DNA of 63,386 bases, taken from assembly GCA_045594865.1 (NCBI GenBank), contig JAZNZI010000133.1:1-63386 (forward strand), read 5' to 3'. Origin of the DNA: Eubacteriales bacterium (lineage in GTDB: Bacteria; Bacillota; Clostridia; Oscillospirales; CAG-272). Numbering within the stretch: the stretch's first letter is position 1; each line of letters starts with the position of its first letter. This document shows positions 10,645 to 20,057 of the stretch, in pieces. The notes below the pieces were generated by a model. It saw nothing but the letters and a program-made list of their open reading frames with translations. It had not been told where the DNA came from and searched no databases. The translations under genes were made by a program, and so were the position numbers.

Positions 10645-11361
10645 TTATGCGTTTTTATTTACTATTCTGGTCTCGCTTTCGCCGGATACAATATCAATAT
10701 AGCGAACAAAGAGCGACACCTTGTTGTCTTCGTTAAGATTGGTCCAGATAAGATCTGTAAGCGAATCTATGTCGGTATCGGGAAGCACAAGAGTCTTGGG
10801 CTCACCCTCAAAGGATGGCAGGGGATTTCCATCGCCATTATATGTGTGTATGAACTTCGCTCTGCCGGGGATGGGATTGGAGTAAGCGTAGGTAAATCGC
10901 TCACAGGAGGAGTCGTTGCCCTCCGCACTTTTAAGTATAGACATAGCAAAATTCATATCTCCGCTATCGCGGTGTATAATACCGGAAATTCTGGGGGTGA
11001 AGTTAGGCTTGTCGTCCTCAAACTCTCGTGTCCTGAGCGCCTGCTCAAAGGTCATCTGCCTGTCCATAAGCTGATAAATTGTGTCCGTCTGGTCGCCGTT
11101 GGTAACGATGGTCTTGTTGCCAAGCACGCGAATGGGGTAGTATATGATTAGGTGGGGGTCCACCATCTTAGATTCGTCGAATGCCTTGGTACGCATGGCA
11201 TCACCCTCTGCTACGAATACACGGTTGCGACTGTTGACGCTTCTTCCCATAATAAAATATGCGGTGATCGCCTTCTTGCTGTCGGCACTCTTTCCTATAA
11301 TAATTCCTCTGCCGTGATAGCTAAGCGAATTAAGCTCTTCCTTGATACTTACAGCCTTCAT
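10645..11361 (-). CDS. IMP cyclohydrolase, PurO-like (archaeal-type)
   Basis: 238 aa. The N-terminal GRGIIIGKS...AYFIMGRSVNSRNRVF resembles the PurO family signature. Its position immediately upstream of the AICARFT-only gene supports the call. Confidence 0.7.
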   Translation of the reverse strand: MKAVSIKEELNSLSYHGRGIIIGKSADSKKAITAYFIMGRSVNSRNRVFVAEGDAMRTKAFDESKMVDPHLIIYYPIRVLGNKTIVTNGDQTDTIYQLMDRQMTFEQALRTREFEDDKPNFTPRISGIIHRDSGDMNFAMSILKSAEGNDSSCERFTYAYSNPIPGRAKFIHTYNGDGNPLPSFEGEPKTLVLPDTDIDSLTDLIWTNLNEDNKVSLFVRYIDIVSGESETRIVNKNA

Positions 11362-11362
11362 T

Positions 11363-12010
11363 TTATTCTCCTTTGATATGAACCTTATTGTTTTGAATTA
11401 CAATTCTGTCCTCACAGAACAGCCTTACCGCTTCCGGAAGTATCTTCCACTCCGCCTCCTCCATTATTCGTCTCTGGAGGACCTCCGGTGTATCCGTCTC
11501 CTTTACCTCAACGGCCTTTTGCATAATGATCGGGCCTCCATCGCATTCCGGTGTCACTATATGAACGGTAGCCCCGGATATCTTAACACCCTTTTCAAGA
11601 GCTGCCTCGTGCACGCGAAGTCCGTAATATCCCTTTCCGCAAAACGAAGGAATAAGAGCCGGGTGGACGTTGATTATTCTGCCTTTAAATTTATCATACA
11701 TTTTTTCATCAATAATGGTAAGAAATCCCGCCAGAACCACAAGATCTATGTTCTTACCGATCAGAGCATCGGCAATGGCCTCTGAATAGTCGGAAATGCT
11801 GTCATACTCCTTGCGTGAAAGCACAACGGCTTCAATCCCGGCGTTTTTTGCTCTTTCAAGGGCGTATACACCCGGCTTTGAGGAAATGACCAGGCTGATC
11901 TTTCCTTTGCCGAGATTCCCCGCTCTTTCGGCGTCTATCAAAGCCTGTAAATTGGTTCCGCCTCCCGATACCAGCACACCGATCCTCTTTTTTTTGCCTG
12001 ACGTCAGCAT
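11363..12010 (-). CDS. purN: Phosphoribosylglycinamide formyltransferase
   Basis: 215 aa with [18 protein letters not shown] and the NVHPALIP formyltransferase motif. Start overlaps the purM stop by 7 nt. Confidence 0.9.
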   Translation of the reverse strand: MLTSGKKKRIGVLVSGGGTNLQALIDAERAGNLGKGKISLVISSKPGVYALERAKNAGIEAVVLSRKEYDSISDYSEAIADALIGKNIDLVVLAGFLTIIDEKMYDKFKGRIINVHPALIPSFCGKGYYGLRVHEAALEKGVKISGATVHIVTPECDGGPIIMQKAVEVKETDTPEVLQRRIMEEAEWKILPEAVRLFCEDRIVIQNNKVHIKGE

Positions 12011-13053
12011 ATAACTATTTTCTCCTCGGCCTTAATAATTTCGCCGATAATATATGCGTCCTCGCCATTTTCACAAAGGATCCTCAGTGCGCGATCAGCA
12101 TCCTCCTTAGCCACGACAACGCTCATACCCACGCCCATGTTGAAGGTGTTGAACATATCGCGCTCACTAACGCCGCCCACCTCAGAGATAAGCTTAAAGA
12201 TAGGGAGAACCTTTACGCTTGATTTGTGGATTTTTGCGCATAAGCCGTCAGGTATACTTCTCGGGATATTTTCATAGAAGCCGCCGCCCGTGATGTGAGA
12301 AATACCCTTAATCTCAAGTTCTTCAAGGAGAGCAAGAATGCTTTTTACGTAAATTTTAGTAGGAGTAAGAAGGGTTTCTGCTATAGACTTTCCCGAAAGC
12401 TCATCACAGGGAGCGTAAAGGCTGTCGGGATTGTTATCTATATCAAACACCTTGCGAACCAGGGAGAATCCATTTGAATGAATTCCGCTTGATGCAAGGG
12501 CGATGACAACGTCACCTTCTTTCATTTTTGTATTGTCAAGTATCTTTTTCTTGTCAACGATACCAACTGCGAATCCCGCAAGGTCATATTCCTCTTCAGG
12601 CATCATACCGGGATGTTCAGCAGTTTCACCGCCTATAAGAGCTGCACCGGACTGAACGCATCCTTCTGCAACGCCGCTTACAATAGAGGCTATTTTTTCG
12701 GGAATATTCTTTCCGCAAGCGATATAGTCGAGGAAGAAAAGAGGCTTTGCACCACAACAAATAATATCGTTAACGCACATTGCCACGGCATCAATACCAA
12801 TGGTGTCATGCTTGTCCATCAGTATAGCCATCTTTACTTTAGTACCGCAACCGTCAGTACCCGAAACCAGAACAGGATTTTCAATTTCAAAGAGATTTAG
12901 TCCAAAGCATCCGCCAAAGCCACCTACGTCATCAAGGCAACCGTCGTTCTTCGTTCTTGCGATATGCTTTTTCATAAGCTCAACCGCTTTATATCCTGCG
13001 GTTATATCAACACCGGCCTTTGCGTAGGCCTCTGATCTGGATTGTGAATGCAT
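12004..13053 (-). CDS. purM: Phosphoribosylformylglycinamidine cyclo-ligase (AIR synthetase)
   Basis: GTDGCGTK motif. Start set at ATG 13053 ([25 protein letters not shown]), which avoids overlap with purF. Confidence 0.92.
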   Translation of the reverse strand: MHSQSRSEAYAKAGVDITAGYKAVELMKKHIARTKNDGCLDDVGGFGGCFGLNLFEIENPVLVSGTDGCGTKVKMAILMDKHDTIGIDAVAMCVNDIICCGAKPLFFLDYIACGKNIPEKIASIVSGVAEGCVQSGAALIGGETAEHPGMMPEEEYDLAGFAVGIVDKKKILDNTKMKEGDVVIALASSGIHSNGFSLVRKVFDIDNNPDSLYAPCDELSGKSIAETLLTPTKIYVKSILALLEELEIKGISHITGGGFYENIPRSIPDGLCAKIHKSSVKVLPIFKLISEVGGVSERDMFNTFNMGVGMSVVVAKEDADRALRILCENGEDAYIIGEIIKAEEKIVIC

Positions 13054-13070
13054 AGTATTTCGTCTCCTTT

Positions 13071-14492
13071 TTATTCTTTTCCGTTCCAACAATAGGTGCA
13101 GAGCTTGCATGGCTCAAGTCCTATTGCCTCAATTATTCCCTCAAGCGACTGGAATTCTATTGATGCGAGATGAAGCCTTTTGCACAGCTCCTCGCGAAGC
13201 CTTTGGCCTCTCTCGGTTTTAAAGTCGCTGTATTCGTCTATATGCTTTGCTCCCTCATCACCTTCAAGATCGGCAATGATTTTCCTTGCAATAAGATCTA
13301 AATCGCTTGTGGAACGTGAAAAATTCAAATATTTACAGCTGTACATTACAGGAGGGCAAGCCGAGCGTATATGCACTGCCTTGGCACCACTGTCATAAAG
13401 AAATTCTACGGTCTCACGTATCTGTGTGCCTCGAACTATTGAATCGTCCACAAGCAAAAGATTTTTGTCCTCAATAAGCTCTCGCACGGGTATCTGCTTC
13501 ATCTTCGCTACGCGCTGTCTCTCTGACTGCTTCGTGGGTGTAAAGCTTCTTGCCCAGGTGGGAGTATATTTGATAAACGCTCTGGCAAAAGGCTTGCCGC
13601 TTCTGTTGGCATAGCCTATGGCGTGAGGAGTTCCCGAGTCGGGGATACCACCGACGTAATCGATCTCGTTTACTTTGTCGGTCGCCTTGTCGTTGTCTGC
13701 TATTATGGCGCCGTTGCGATAGCGCATAACCTCTACGTTACTGCCCTCGTAAGTAGAGGTGGGATATCCGTAATAGCTCCAAAGAAAGGAGCATATCTTC
13801 ATTTCATCACGTCCCTCTACCAGAACCTCCATGCCATCAGCCCATATTTCTACCACCTCTGCCGCGCGAAGCTCTTTTACTATCTCATAATCAAGCTTGG
13901 TAGATGCAAAGGGCTCAAGAGTTGCGCAATAACCATCCTCGTTTCTGCCGATAACCAAAGGAAGTCTACCGTGCTTATCCCTTGCGGCAATGATGTGACC
14001 GTCGTCCTTGAGTATTAGGATTGCCGCCGTACCGTCTATCATATCCTGAGCGTGACGTATTCCCTCAATAAAATTGGGGCTTTTATTGATGAGAGCTGCT
14101 ACAAGCTCTGTGGTGTTTACAGCTCCCCCCGTCATAGCGCCGAACTGTACGTCGTACTTGAGACATTCCTCAACCAGCTCGTCTATGTTGTTAATTACAC
14201 CTGTCACGCAAATAGCGTATGCTCCGAGCCTTGATCTGATAAGTAGTGGCTGAGGTGCATAGTCGCTGATACAACCGATAGCGCTGTACCCCTCCATGTC
14301 ATCGAAAATGTGGTCAAACTTGGTTCTAAAAGGTGAATTTTCGATGTTATGAATAACTCTTTGCAGGCCAATGTTGTCACAATAGGCCGCCATTCCTGCG
14401 CGCTTTGTTCCTAAGTGAGAATGGTAATCGGTGCCAAAAAATACATCTGAAATTGCGTCCGACTTGCGGCACGCTCCAAAAAAACCGCCCAT
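13071..14492 (-). CDS. purF: Amidophosphoribosyltransferase homologue with non-canonical N-terminus (MGGFFGA, no Cys1)
   Basis: 473 aa with the PRPP loop [13 protein letters not shown] and conserved Cys positions for a 4Fe-4S cluster ([21 protein letters not shown]). RBS AGGAAAGGA. The N-terminal nucleophile position reads Gly. Confidence 0.85.
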   Translation of the reverse strand: MGGFFGACRKSDAISDVFFGTDYHSHLGTKRAGMAAYCDNIGLQRVIHNIENSPFRTKFDHIFDDMEGYSAIGCISDYAPQPLLIRSRLGAYAICVTGVINNIDELVEECLKYDVQFGAMTGGAVNTTELVAALINKSPNFIEGIRHAQDMIDGTAAILILKDDGHIIAARDKHGRLPLVIGRNEDGYCATLEPFASTKLDYEIVKELRAAEVVEIWADGMEVLVEGRDEMKICSFLWSYYGYPTSTYEGSNVEVMRYRNGAIIADNDKATDKVNEIDYVGGIPDSGTPHAIGYANRSGKPFARAFIKYTPTWARSFTPTKQSERQRVAKMKQIPVRELIEDKNLLLVDDSIVRGTQIRETVEFLYDSGAKAVHIRSACPPVMYSCKYLNFSRSTSDLDLIARKIIADLEGDEGAKHIDEYSDFKTERGQRLREELCKRLHLASIEFQSLEGIIEAIGLEPCKLCTYCWNGKE

Positions 14493-14545
14493 TTTTATTC
14501 CTTTCCTGTGTCTTGCGGGTGATGGTGATCAATTTTCCGCCGTTA

Positions 14546-15226
14546 TTATGCGAAGAAAAGCTTGGAAAGTGTCAATGGATCAATATATTTGCCGTCCTTG
14601 TAAACGCGCATATTGCCTGACGCTATTTCGTCAATGAGAATAACCTCACCGTTCTTGTCATAGCCAAACTCGAATTTAATATCGTAAAGGATTAGGCCCT
14701 TGGCCTTAAGATCATCGGCTACGATAGCGGTAATCTTCTGTGTCATAAGCTTGATGTCATCATATTGCTCAGCGGTCATAACGCCGAGATCAACAAGACC
14801 GTCCTTGGTAACGAGAGGATCGCCCTTGGCATCATTCTTAAATGTTGTCTCAACGTATGCAGGAAGGTCTGCGCCCTCCTCAATATAGTCACTGTATCTG
14901 CGATAGAAGCTGCCAACCGCTTTGTGACGGCAGATAACCTCCAGTCCCTTACCAAAAGGCTTCGCGGGAATAACTTCCATAGTGGTATCGGTAAGATTTG
15001 CGCTTACGTAATGAGTCTTAATGCCCGCCTCGTTAATCTTTTCGAAGAAATAAATAGACATACGAAGGTTTACGTCACCAACTCCGTCGATAGTAAGACC
15101 TACGGAGTTCTCACCGGGATCAAAAATTCCGTCCCTACCGGTACAGTCATCCTTGAATTTTAGCAAATAGTTTCCGTTTTCAAGAGCGAATACGTCTTTT
15201 GTTTTTCCTGTATAAACGAGTTTCAT
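14546..15226 (-). CDS. purC: SAICAR synthase
   Basis: 226 aa with N-terminus [13 protein letters not shown]; short bacterial PurC form. Confidence 0.9.
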   Translation of the reverse strand: MKLVYTGKTKDVFALENGNYLLKFKDDCTGRDGIFDPGENSVGLTIDGVGDVNLRMSIYFFEKINEAGIKTHYVSANLTDTTMEVIPAKPFGKGLEVICRHKAVGSFYRRYSDYIEEGADLPAYVETTFKNDAKGDPLVTKDGLVDLGVMTAEQYDDIKLMTQKITAIVADDLKAKGLILYDIKFEFGYDKNGEVILIDEIASGNMRVYKDGKYIDPLTLSKLFFA

Positions 15227-15253
15227 TTTACTTTTCCTTTCAGTTTTGAAATA

Positions 15254-15751
15254 TTACTTGTTATTAAATTTAGCTTCAATTTCTGCATTTTTTGCAAGAA
15301 CCGCAGCGGTGTCTTTTGCTCTCTTGTCCTCAAGCTTTTTTGCAAGAGTGTCGTCGGATAGAGCAAGTATTTCTGCGGCCAACAGCGCAGCATTTGCGGC
15401 TCCGTCAATAGCAACGGTTGCCACCGGAATACCCGAGGGCATTTGCACCGTGGCAAGAAGAGCGTCGAGTCCATCAAGATTCGTTGATTTGCAAGGAATA
15501 CCTATGACGGGCAGAGTGGTTCTGGATGCCACCACACCTGCAAGATGGGCAGCCATACCTGCCGCGGCAATTATTACGCCAAATCCGTTTTCCTTGGCGG
15601 AAGACGAAAAAGCGCTCGCCTCATCGGGCGTTCTATGGGCAGAAAAAACGTGCACCTCATAAGGAACGTCCAGCGAAACGAGCGTATCTATGGCTTTTTT
15701 AACAACAGGAAGATCGCTTGCGCTTCCCATAACGATTCCAATCTTTTTCAT
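15254..15751 (-). CDS. purE: N5-CAIR mutase (class I PurE)
   Basis: 165 aa with SAHRTPDE and [11 protein letters not shown], the class I signature rather than the class II AGRSN type. Confidence 0.92.
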   Translation of the reverse strand: MKKIGIVMGSASDLPVVKKAIDTLVSLDVPYEVHVFSAHRTPDEASAFSSSAKENGFGVIIAAAGMAAHLAGVVASRTTLPVIGIPCKSTNLDGLDALLATVQMPSGIPVATVAIDGAANAALLAAEILALSDDTLAKKLEDKRAKDTAAVLAKNAEIEAKFNNK

Positions 15752-15842
15752 AGTAAATATCCTTTCCGGCCTATGGCCATTGCGAACAATTTATCTTTTT
15801 ATTTCAAACAGTTGTCACCCAAATCATTAAGTGGTAATAACT

Positions 15843-15880
15843 AAAAAAGGGCGCACTGATCCCGGTAGGAAAGTGCGCCC
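15843..15880 (-). terminator. Intrinsic terminator inside the pur operon leader (attenuator)
   Basis: The minus strand reads GGGCGCACU-UUCCUACCGGGAUC-AGUGCGCCC followed by UUUUUU. It lies about 90 nt upstream of the purE start and downstream of the promoter. Confidence 0.75.
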
Positions 15881-15955
15881 AGACGGTCGGCAAATAATAA
15901 TATGTCACTACGGCACTGCGGTTAATTCCGCAAAAATCCGTCAGCCGCAGGACAA
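15876..15955 (-). promoter_or_regulatory. Structured leader; candidate ZTP (pfl-type) riboswitch aptamer
   Basis: On the minus strand, a 7-bp P1 CUGCGGC/GCCGUAG encloses UGACGGAUU and the hairpin UGCGG-AAUUAA-CCGCA. After an AU-rich linker comes CCGUCUGGGCG, which resembles the ZTP 3' consensus CCGCCUGGGC, is complementary to GACGG and overlaps the 5' arm of the terminator. The operon contains fhs, purH and purN. Confidence 0.4.
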
Positions 15956-16005
15956 TATGAATTTGCACAGTATTAGTCGCTGCGCAACATATATTCACAT
16001 TATAT

Positions 16006-16034
16006 ATTATACGATATTTTTATCTAAAAGTCAA
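16006..16034 (-). promoter_or_regulatory. Sigma-70 type promoter of the purine operon
   Basis: Minus strand TTGACT - 17 nt - TATAAT (-35 at 16029-16034, -10 at 16006-16011). Confidence 0.8.
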
Positions 16035-16202
16035 GTAAAAATATAAACAACTTTAAAGAATGTGTGCATGGATTTTTGATACAAAATGTCAATATTGCTA
16101 AATTTCTGATTGCGGCAGTGGTGTGTATATCCCACGAGCCGGATTGCGGTAATATCAAAAAATCTTGCTCAAAAGGAGCAATAAAAAAAGCACCCAAATG
16201 GA

Positions 16203-16219
16203 CAATGTCATTAAGTTAA
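16203..16219. repeat. IS terminal inverted repeat (left)
   Basis: caatgtcattaagttaa; exact reverse complement at 17057-17073. Confidence 0.7.
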
Positions 16220-16322
16220 TCTAATGGCAAAAAAGAAGATGCACTTAACTAAGCCAAGAAAGCGAAGTTGAGTGCATTTTTCTTGCAAAAAGGCACGGCG
16301 AAAAGACAGGCATAAGAGTCTG

Positions 16323-16886
16323 TCAAAAAAGTATTGAAAAAAAGACGAATTTATGGTATTCTGTATGTGAAGCTTGGAGCAGCTCTTGGAGATCCTCTTC
16401 GTGGGTTGGTGGACCCTTGACGAACAGGAAGTAGATGTATAAAGCGTTCAAATGAAAAAGATTATATGGTTTTTGTTCGTTTGCTCCTTCATAAAAGGAG
16501 CTTTTCTCATTTTTGTTTGTGGGCGTATGAAGGTCTGAGCCATCAACGGCAAGCAAACGGTATCCTTTATATAGATTCTGCTCATCAATGCTGTCGGTAA
16601 AGGTATGAAAAAGAGTTTCAAAAGCACGGTAATCAATCTTGTTTCGCTGTTGAATGAACGCAGAAACGGTAGGCATAGAAGTGCTCATATTAAAATAATC
16701 CATCAGCTCGCAACGAATGGATTTTCCCGTCATAGACAAAACGGATTTTAAGACTTGCTTAAAAGGTAGCTTTCTTTCTCTTGTAAAATTCTTTCCGGGA
16801 TTTTTGGCAAACATTTGGGAGCTGGCAGCAATTTCACTGATACATCTTTTAAGCATCCTTTTAATATTTTTCGGTGCGTAAGTCAT
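16323..16886 (-). pseudogene. Truncated DDE transposase (IS4-like family), N-terminal ~165 aa only
   Basis: MTYAPKNIKRML...YRLLAVDGSDLHTP (first catalytic D region)...FHLNALY, followed by an unrelated tail and a stop. RBS AGGAGA before ATG 16886. About 188 codons, against an expected >400. Confidence 0.7.
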
Positions 16887-17056
16887 TGTCTTTTTTCTCC
16901 TTGTCAATAGCGGATTTACCTCTATTAACAAGGGTCGATTTTATTAACCACAGTTAATAAATTCTACCGCACACTTTTGCCTTTTTGTCAAGCCTTTTTC
17001 TAAAATTTCTTAAACTTTTTTTGCAAAAAAACCAAGTACAGAACTTGGTTCTTTTC

Positions 17057-17073
17057 TTAACTTAATGACATTG
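17057..17073. repeat. IS terminal inverted repeat (right)
   Basis: ttaacttaatgacattg; reverse complement of 16203-16219. Confidence 0.7.
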
Positions 17074-17151
17074 CTTTTTTAAGGGGTATTTTGATGCGTT
17101 TTTTAATGTATTTTTAGAGTTTAAATTCAAGTGAAAATAAGGTGAAAATTA

Positions 17152-17916
17152 CTACTTTTCCTGCTCTCTTTTTTTCTCCATAAATTTATTTAATTTGCTT
17201 GCTCCGAAGAACAGTCCGACAATGACAACTGCGCAAAGAGCAATGAATGCAATCCAGTGCCACACGGAGGTAAATTGTTCAAAGGGAATGATAGAGAATC
17301 CGAAGATGATGGTCACAACTCCGATACCTCTGCCGATGATGATGGAGGGGATAAACCACTTAAGCGACATCTTAAGCGTGCCCGCCACCATAACCAGCGC
17401 ATCGTCGGGGAATATAGGGAACATCATCATCATAGGGAAGTAAATTAGCCCCTTTGTGTTGAGAAGCTCGGATGCCCTTTTACAGTCCTCCTCGCCGATG
17501 ATTATCTTGCCGAGGTTGTAGCCGCCGAATCTGCCGATCAGGTACATCATAAGGCTTGAGAGCATAACTCCCGAAAAGGCGATGGTAAACGCGGTCCACG
17601 AGCTTTCGTACAGACTCTCCAGCAGAATGATAAATGCCATAGATGCGCCCGGGACGAATGAAAGCAGTGAGGTGATGACCACCTGTGCCAGCACAATGAT
17701 TATACAGCCGTACCAGCTGTTAGAGAAATAGCTGAACAGCTCTCTGTTTATCTGAATGCCCTCGTCGTAGTAGATAATGCCGAAGACGTACATCAGAACC
17801 GCTGAGATAAGTGATATTAATAGGAATATCAGCAGCATCAGCAGAACTCTCGTTATTTTTTCATATTTTTTGGCGAAGGTTTTTATTTTATCCCATCTGC
17901 ATTTATTTGAACTCAT
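17152..17916 (-). CDS. TVP38/TMEM64 (DedA-related, VTT domain) membrane protein
   Basis: 254 aa, multi-TM, with the motif FPIFPDDALVMVAGTLKMS typical of the SNARE-associated/VTT domain. Confidence 0.8.
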   Translation of the reverse strand: MSSNKCRWDKIKTFAKKYEKITRVLLMLLIFLLISLISAVLMYVFGIIYYDEGIQINRELFSYFSNSWYGCIIIVLAQVVITSLLSFVPGASMAFIILLESLYESSWTAFTIAFSGVMLSSLMMYLIGRFGGYNLGKIIIGEEDCKRASELLNTKGLIYFPMMMMFPIFPDDALVMVAGTLKMSLKWFIPSIIIGRGIGVVTIIFGFSIIPFEQFTSVWHWIAFIALCAVVIVGLFFGASKLNKFMEKKREQEK

Positions 17917-17963
17917 ATTTTACCTCTAATAATAAAAAATGCTTAAAAATAATATATTAATAA

Positions 17964-17992
17964 ATAATAACATAAAGAAGGACAAATGTCAA
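17964..17992 (-). promoter_or_regulatory. Promoter of the TVP38-family gene
   Basis: Minus strand TTGACA - 17 nt - TATTAT. Confidence 0.65.
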
Positions 17993-18016
17993 TAAATGAA
18001 AAGTTAACAATTAAAC

Positions 18017-18045
18017 TTGACTTTAACGTCGATTTATGACATAAT
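18017..18045 (+). promoter_or_regulatory. Promoter of the MBL-fold hydrolase gene
   Basis: TTGACT - 17 nt - CATAAT, about 50 nt upstream of ATG 18098. Confidence 0.6.
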
Positions 18046-18097
18046 AATATAAGAAAAGAATTTACCTATATAAATATATAAAGGAAGAAACAGAAAA

Positions 18098-18787
18098 ATG
18101 AGAGTGACTTGGCTTACCCAGGCAGGGCTTCTGCTTGAAAACAGTAGAATTAAAATTATGGTCGATCCATATCTCACCGACTCGCTGGGCGAGATCAAGC
18201 CCGACAAGAAAAGACGCATTGATGCGGATGAGAGCTTCCTTGAGGCTTCTCCCGACGTTGTTTTGATTACTCACGAGCATATAGATCATCTTGATATGAG
18301 AACGCTGGAGAAGGTCCTCGCAGGCTGCAAGGCTCCTGCGCTTGTGCTGGCATCAGCATCCGCATACGAAAAAGTATGCGATATTGGCGGTGAGCATAAC
18401 TATGTTCTTATGGCTCCCCACTCGGTGTGGAGCGAGAGGGGAATTACCTTCTACTCGGTGCACGCAGAGCATTCTGACAGAGATGCGGTAGGCTTTATTA
18501 TCGACGACGGCAAGCAGACCTTCTACGTCAGCGGTGATACGGTTTACAACTACGACGTTATTGACGACGTGCTTGATCTTGCACCCGACGGAGTTGATTA
18601 TGCCTTTCTTCCCATTAACGGCAAGGGTAATAATATGAACGCCCGTGATGCGGCAGACTTTGCCTATGAGATCGGCGCAAAGTGCGCGATCCCCGTTCAT
18701 TACGGTACTACCGACGACCTCACTCCCGATGAGTTTGACTTTGATGACAAGCTGATTCTCGAGCCGTATAAGGAAACGAAATTATAA
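18098..18787 (+). CDS. MBL-fold metallo-hydrolase
   Basis: 229 aa with the metal-binding motif LITHEHIDHLD (HxHxDH). Confidence 0.8.
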   Translation: MRVTWLTQAGLLLENSRIKIMVDPYLTDSLGEIKPDKKRRIDADESFLEASPDVVLITHEHIDHLDMRTLEKVLAGCKAPALVLASASAYEKVCDIGGEHNYVLMAPHSVWSERGITFYSVHAEHSDRDAVGFIIDDGKQTFYVSGDTVYNYDVIDDVLDLAPDGVDYAFLPINGKGNNMNARDAADFAYEIGAKCAIPVHYGTTDDLTPDEFDFDDKLILEPYKETKL

Positions 18788-18823
18788 TAATAAAAGCCGT
18801 GGCGGCAAGCCACGGCTTTCTGT

Positions 18824-19408
18824 TTATTTAATTGTTTCAACGAGTCTCTTGTATTCGTCGTAGGTATAGAGAAGATTGAGTGCTTCAAGCAGAGCATTGG
18901 GGGTCATATCACTGGGAAGATTGCATACCTCGCACAGCTTGCGTCTGTTATCGCTTGCGTCCTCGCATCCGGTTAATTTATCTAAGAAAAAGTCAACCTT
19001 AGTTATCATTTTGCCTGTTTTTTGGACTTTTTCGCCGTCTATAAAGGGAGTGAGCAGTCTGACAAGCACATCCTTTTCCATACCCTCAACGCCGAGAGTT
19101 CCCGCGGCGGAGGGTTTTCTTTTTCTTGATTCCTTGCCCTCAATTTTGGGTATGTACAGGTTATGTATTTTCTCGGGCGGAAGAATTCCTGCGAGAAATT
19201 TTCTTATCTGCTTGCCGCCGCCGTCCGAGTCGGTCAGGATTATGATACCGTCCTTTGCCAGCCTGCGAAGCAGAGCCTGCTTTTCCTTATTATTAAAAAT
19301 AGAGAAGCCGTTTGTTGTGATTATGGTGGCATCAATAAAGCCCGAAAGGGTTGCCTTGTCATATCTGCCCTCGACGATTATGGGTAGGGAAATTTTAATT
19401 TTTTCCAT
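18824..19408 (-). CDS. Toprim-domain protein (RNase M5-like / DUF4093-type)
   Basis: 194 aa with IIVEGRYDK ... ILTDSDGGGKQIR, the Toprim acidic motifs E and DxD. Start overlaps the nth stop by 14 nt. Confidence 0.7.
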   Translation of the reverse strand: MEKIKISLPIIVEGRYDKATLSGFIDATIITTNGFSIFNNKEKQALLRRLAKDGIIILTDSDGGGKQIRKFLAGILPPEKIHNLYIPKIEGKESRKRKPSAAGTLGVEGMEKDVLVRLLTPFIDGEKVQKTGKMITKVDFFLDKLTGCEDASDNRRKLCEVCNLPSDMTPNALLEALNLLYTYDEYKRLVETIK

Positions 19409-20057
19409 TTTCTTTTTCTCTTTTCAGACACAGATCTGCGAGAGGACAGCTCTCGCACATAGGCGATCTTGCGGTGCAGACCTCTCTGCCGAAGAATACG
19501 ATTCTGTGACAGAAATCACTTCCCTCACGAAGATCAATAAGCTCGCGGAGTATGCGTTCGATTTTTGTAGGATCCTTCTCCTTTTCGGGATACATACCGA
19601 GTCTGCCGCAGATGCGGATGCAATGGGTGTCGCAGACTATTGCCTCCTTGCCGAACACGTCGCCGAGCAACAGATTCGCGATCTTTCTGCCAACGCCCGG
19701 CAGCTTCAGCAGACCCTCCATATTATCGGGAAGTACACCGCCAAAGTCGGTAAGCAGCATACGGCTTGCCTCTCGGATGTTATCAGCCTTCATTTTATAC
19801 AGACCGCAGGGCTTGATTATCTCCTCAATTTCGTTTATGTCACCGTATGCCATAGATTCAGCGGTGGGGAAGCGTTCAAAAAGCTCCTCGCACACGATAT
19901 TTACCCTCGCATCGGTGCATTGCGCCGAAAGCCTTCCCATAACCAGCAGCTTCCAGGGGTCGCCGCCATAGTGTAGGGCGCATTCTGCATCAGGATATAT
20001 TTCCTTAAGTCTTTCGACGATTTGCGAAAGGCGTTTTTTCTTTTCCGATTTAGTCAT
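19395..20057 (-). CDS. nth: Endonuclease III
   Basis: HhH-GPD with LPGVGRKIANLLL and the C-terminal 4Fe-4S cluster CTARSPMCESCPLADLC. Confidence 0.9.
   Translation of the reverse strand: MTKSEKKKRLSQIVERLKEIYPDAECALHYGGDPWKLLVMGRLSAQCTDARVNIVCEELFERFPTAESMAYGDINEIEEIIKPCGLYKMKADNIREASRMLLTDFGGVLPDNMEGLLKLPGVGRKIANLLLGDVFGKEAIVCDTHCIRICGRLGMYPEKEKDPTKIERILRELIDLREGSDFCHRIVFFGREVCTARSPMCESCPLADLCLKREKENGKN

Larger units (their letters stand above)
16203..17073 (-). mobile_element. Internally deleted IS element (IS4-like) retaining both terminal inverted repeats
   Basis: Perfect 17-bp terminal inverted repeats caatgtcattaagttaa (16203-16219 and, reverse complemented, 17057-17073) bracket 871 bp. 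The 871 bp hold only a truncated transposase ORF. Confidence 0.65.

Noticed and set aside
15223-15662. ORFs 15223-15477 (-) and 15246-15662 (+) overlapping purE
   Set aside because: These are alternative frames of the purE region, and PurE motifs are unambiguous in the 15254-15751 frame.
15752-16000. Purine (guanine/adenine) riboswitch upstream of purE
   Set aside because: I looked for the conserved UAUAAU...GAUAUGG...GUUUCUACC...CCGUAAA...GACUA core on the minus strand and it is absent. The leader fits a ZTP-like layout better, though only tentatively.
16224-16271. 15-codon ORF (MAKKKMHLTKPRKRS) just inside the IS left end
   Set aside because: It has no RBS, lies within the IS terminal region and overlaps a hairpin, so it is probably fortuitous.
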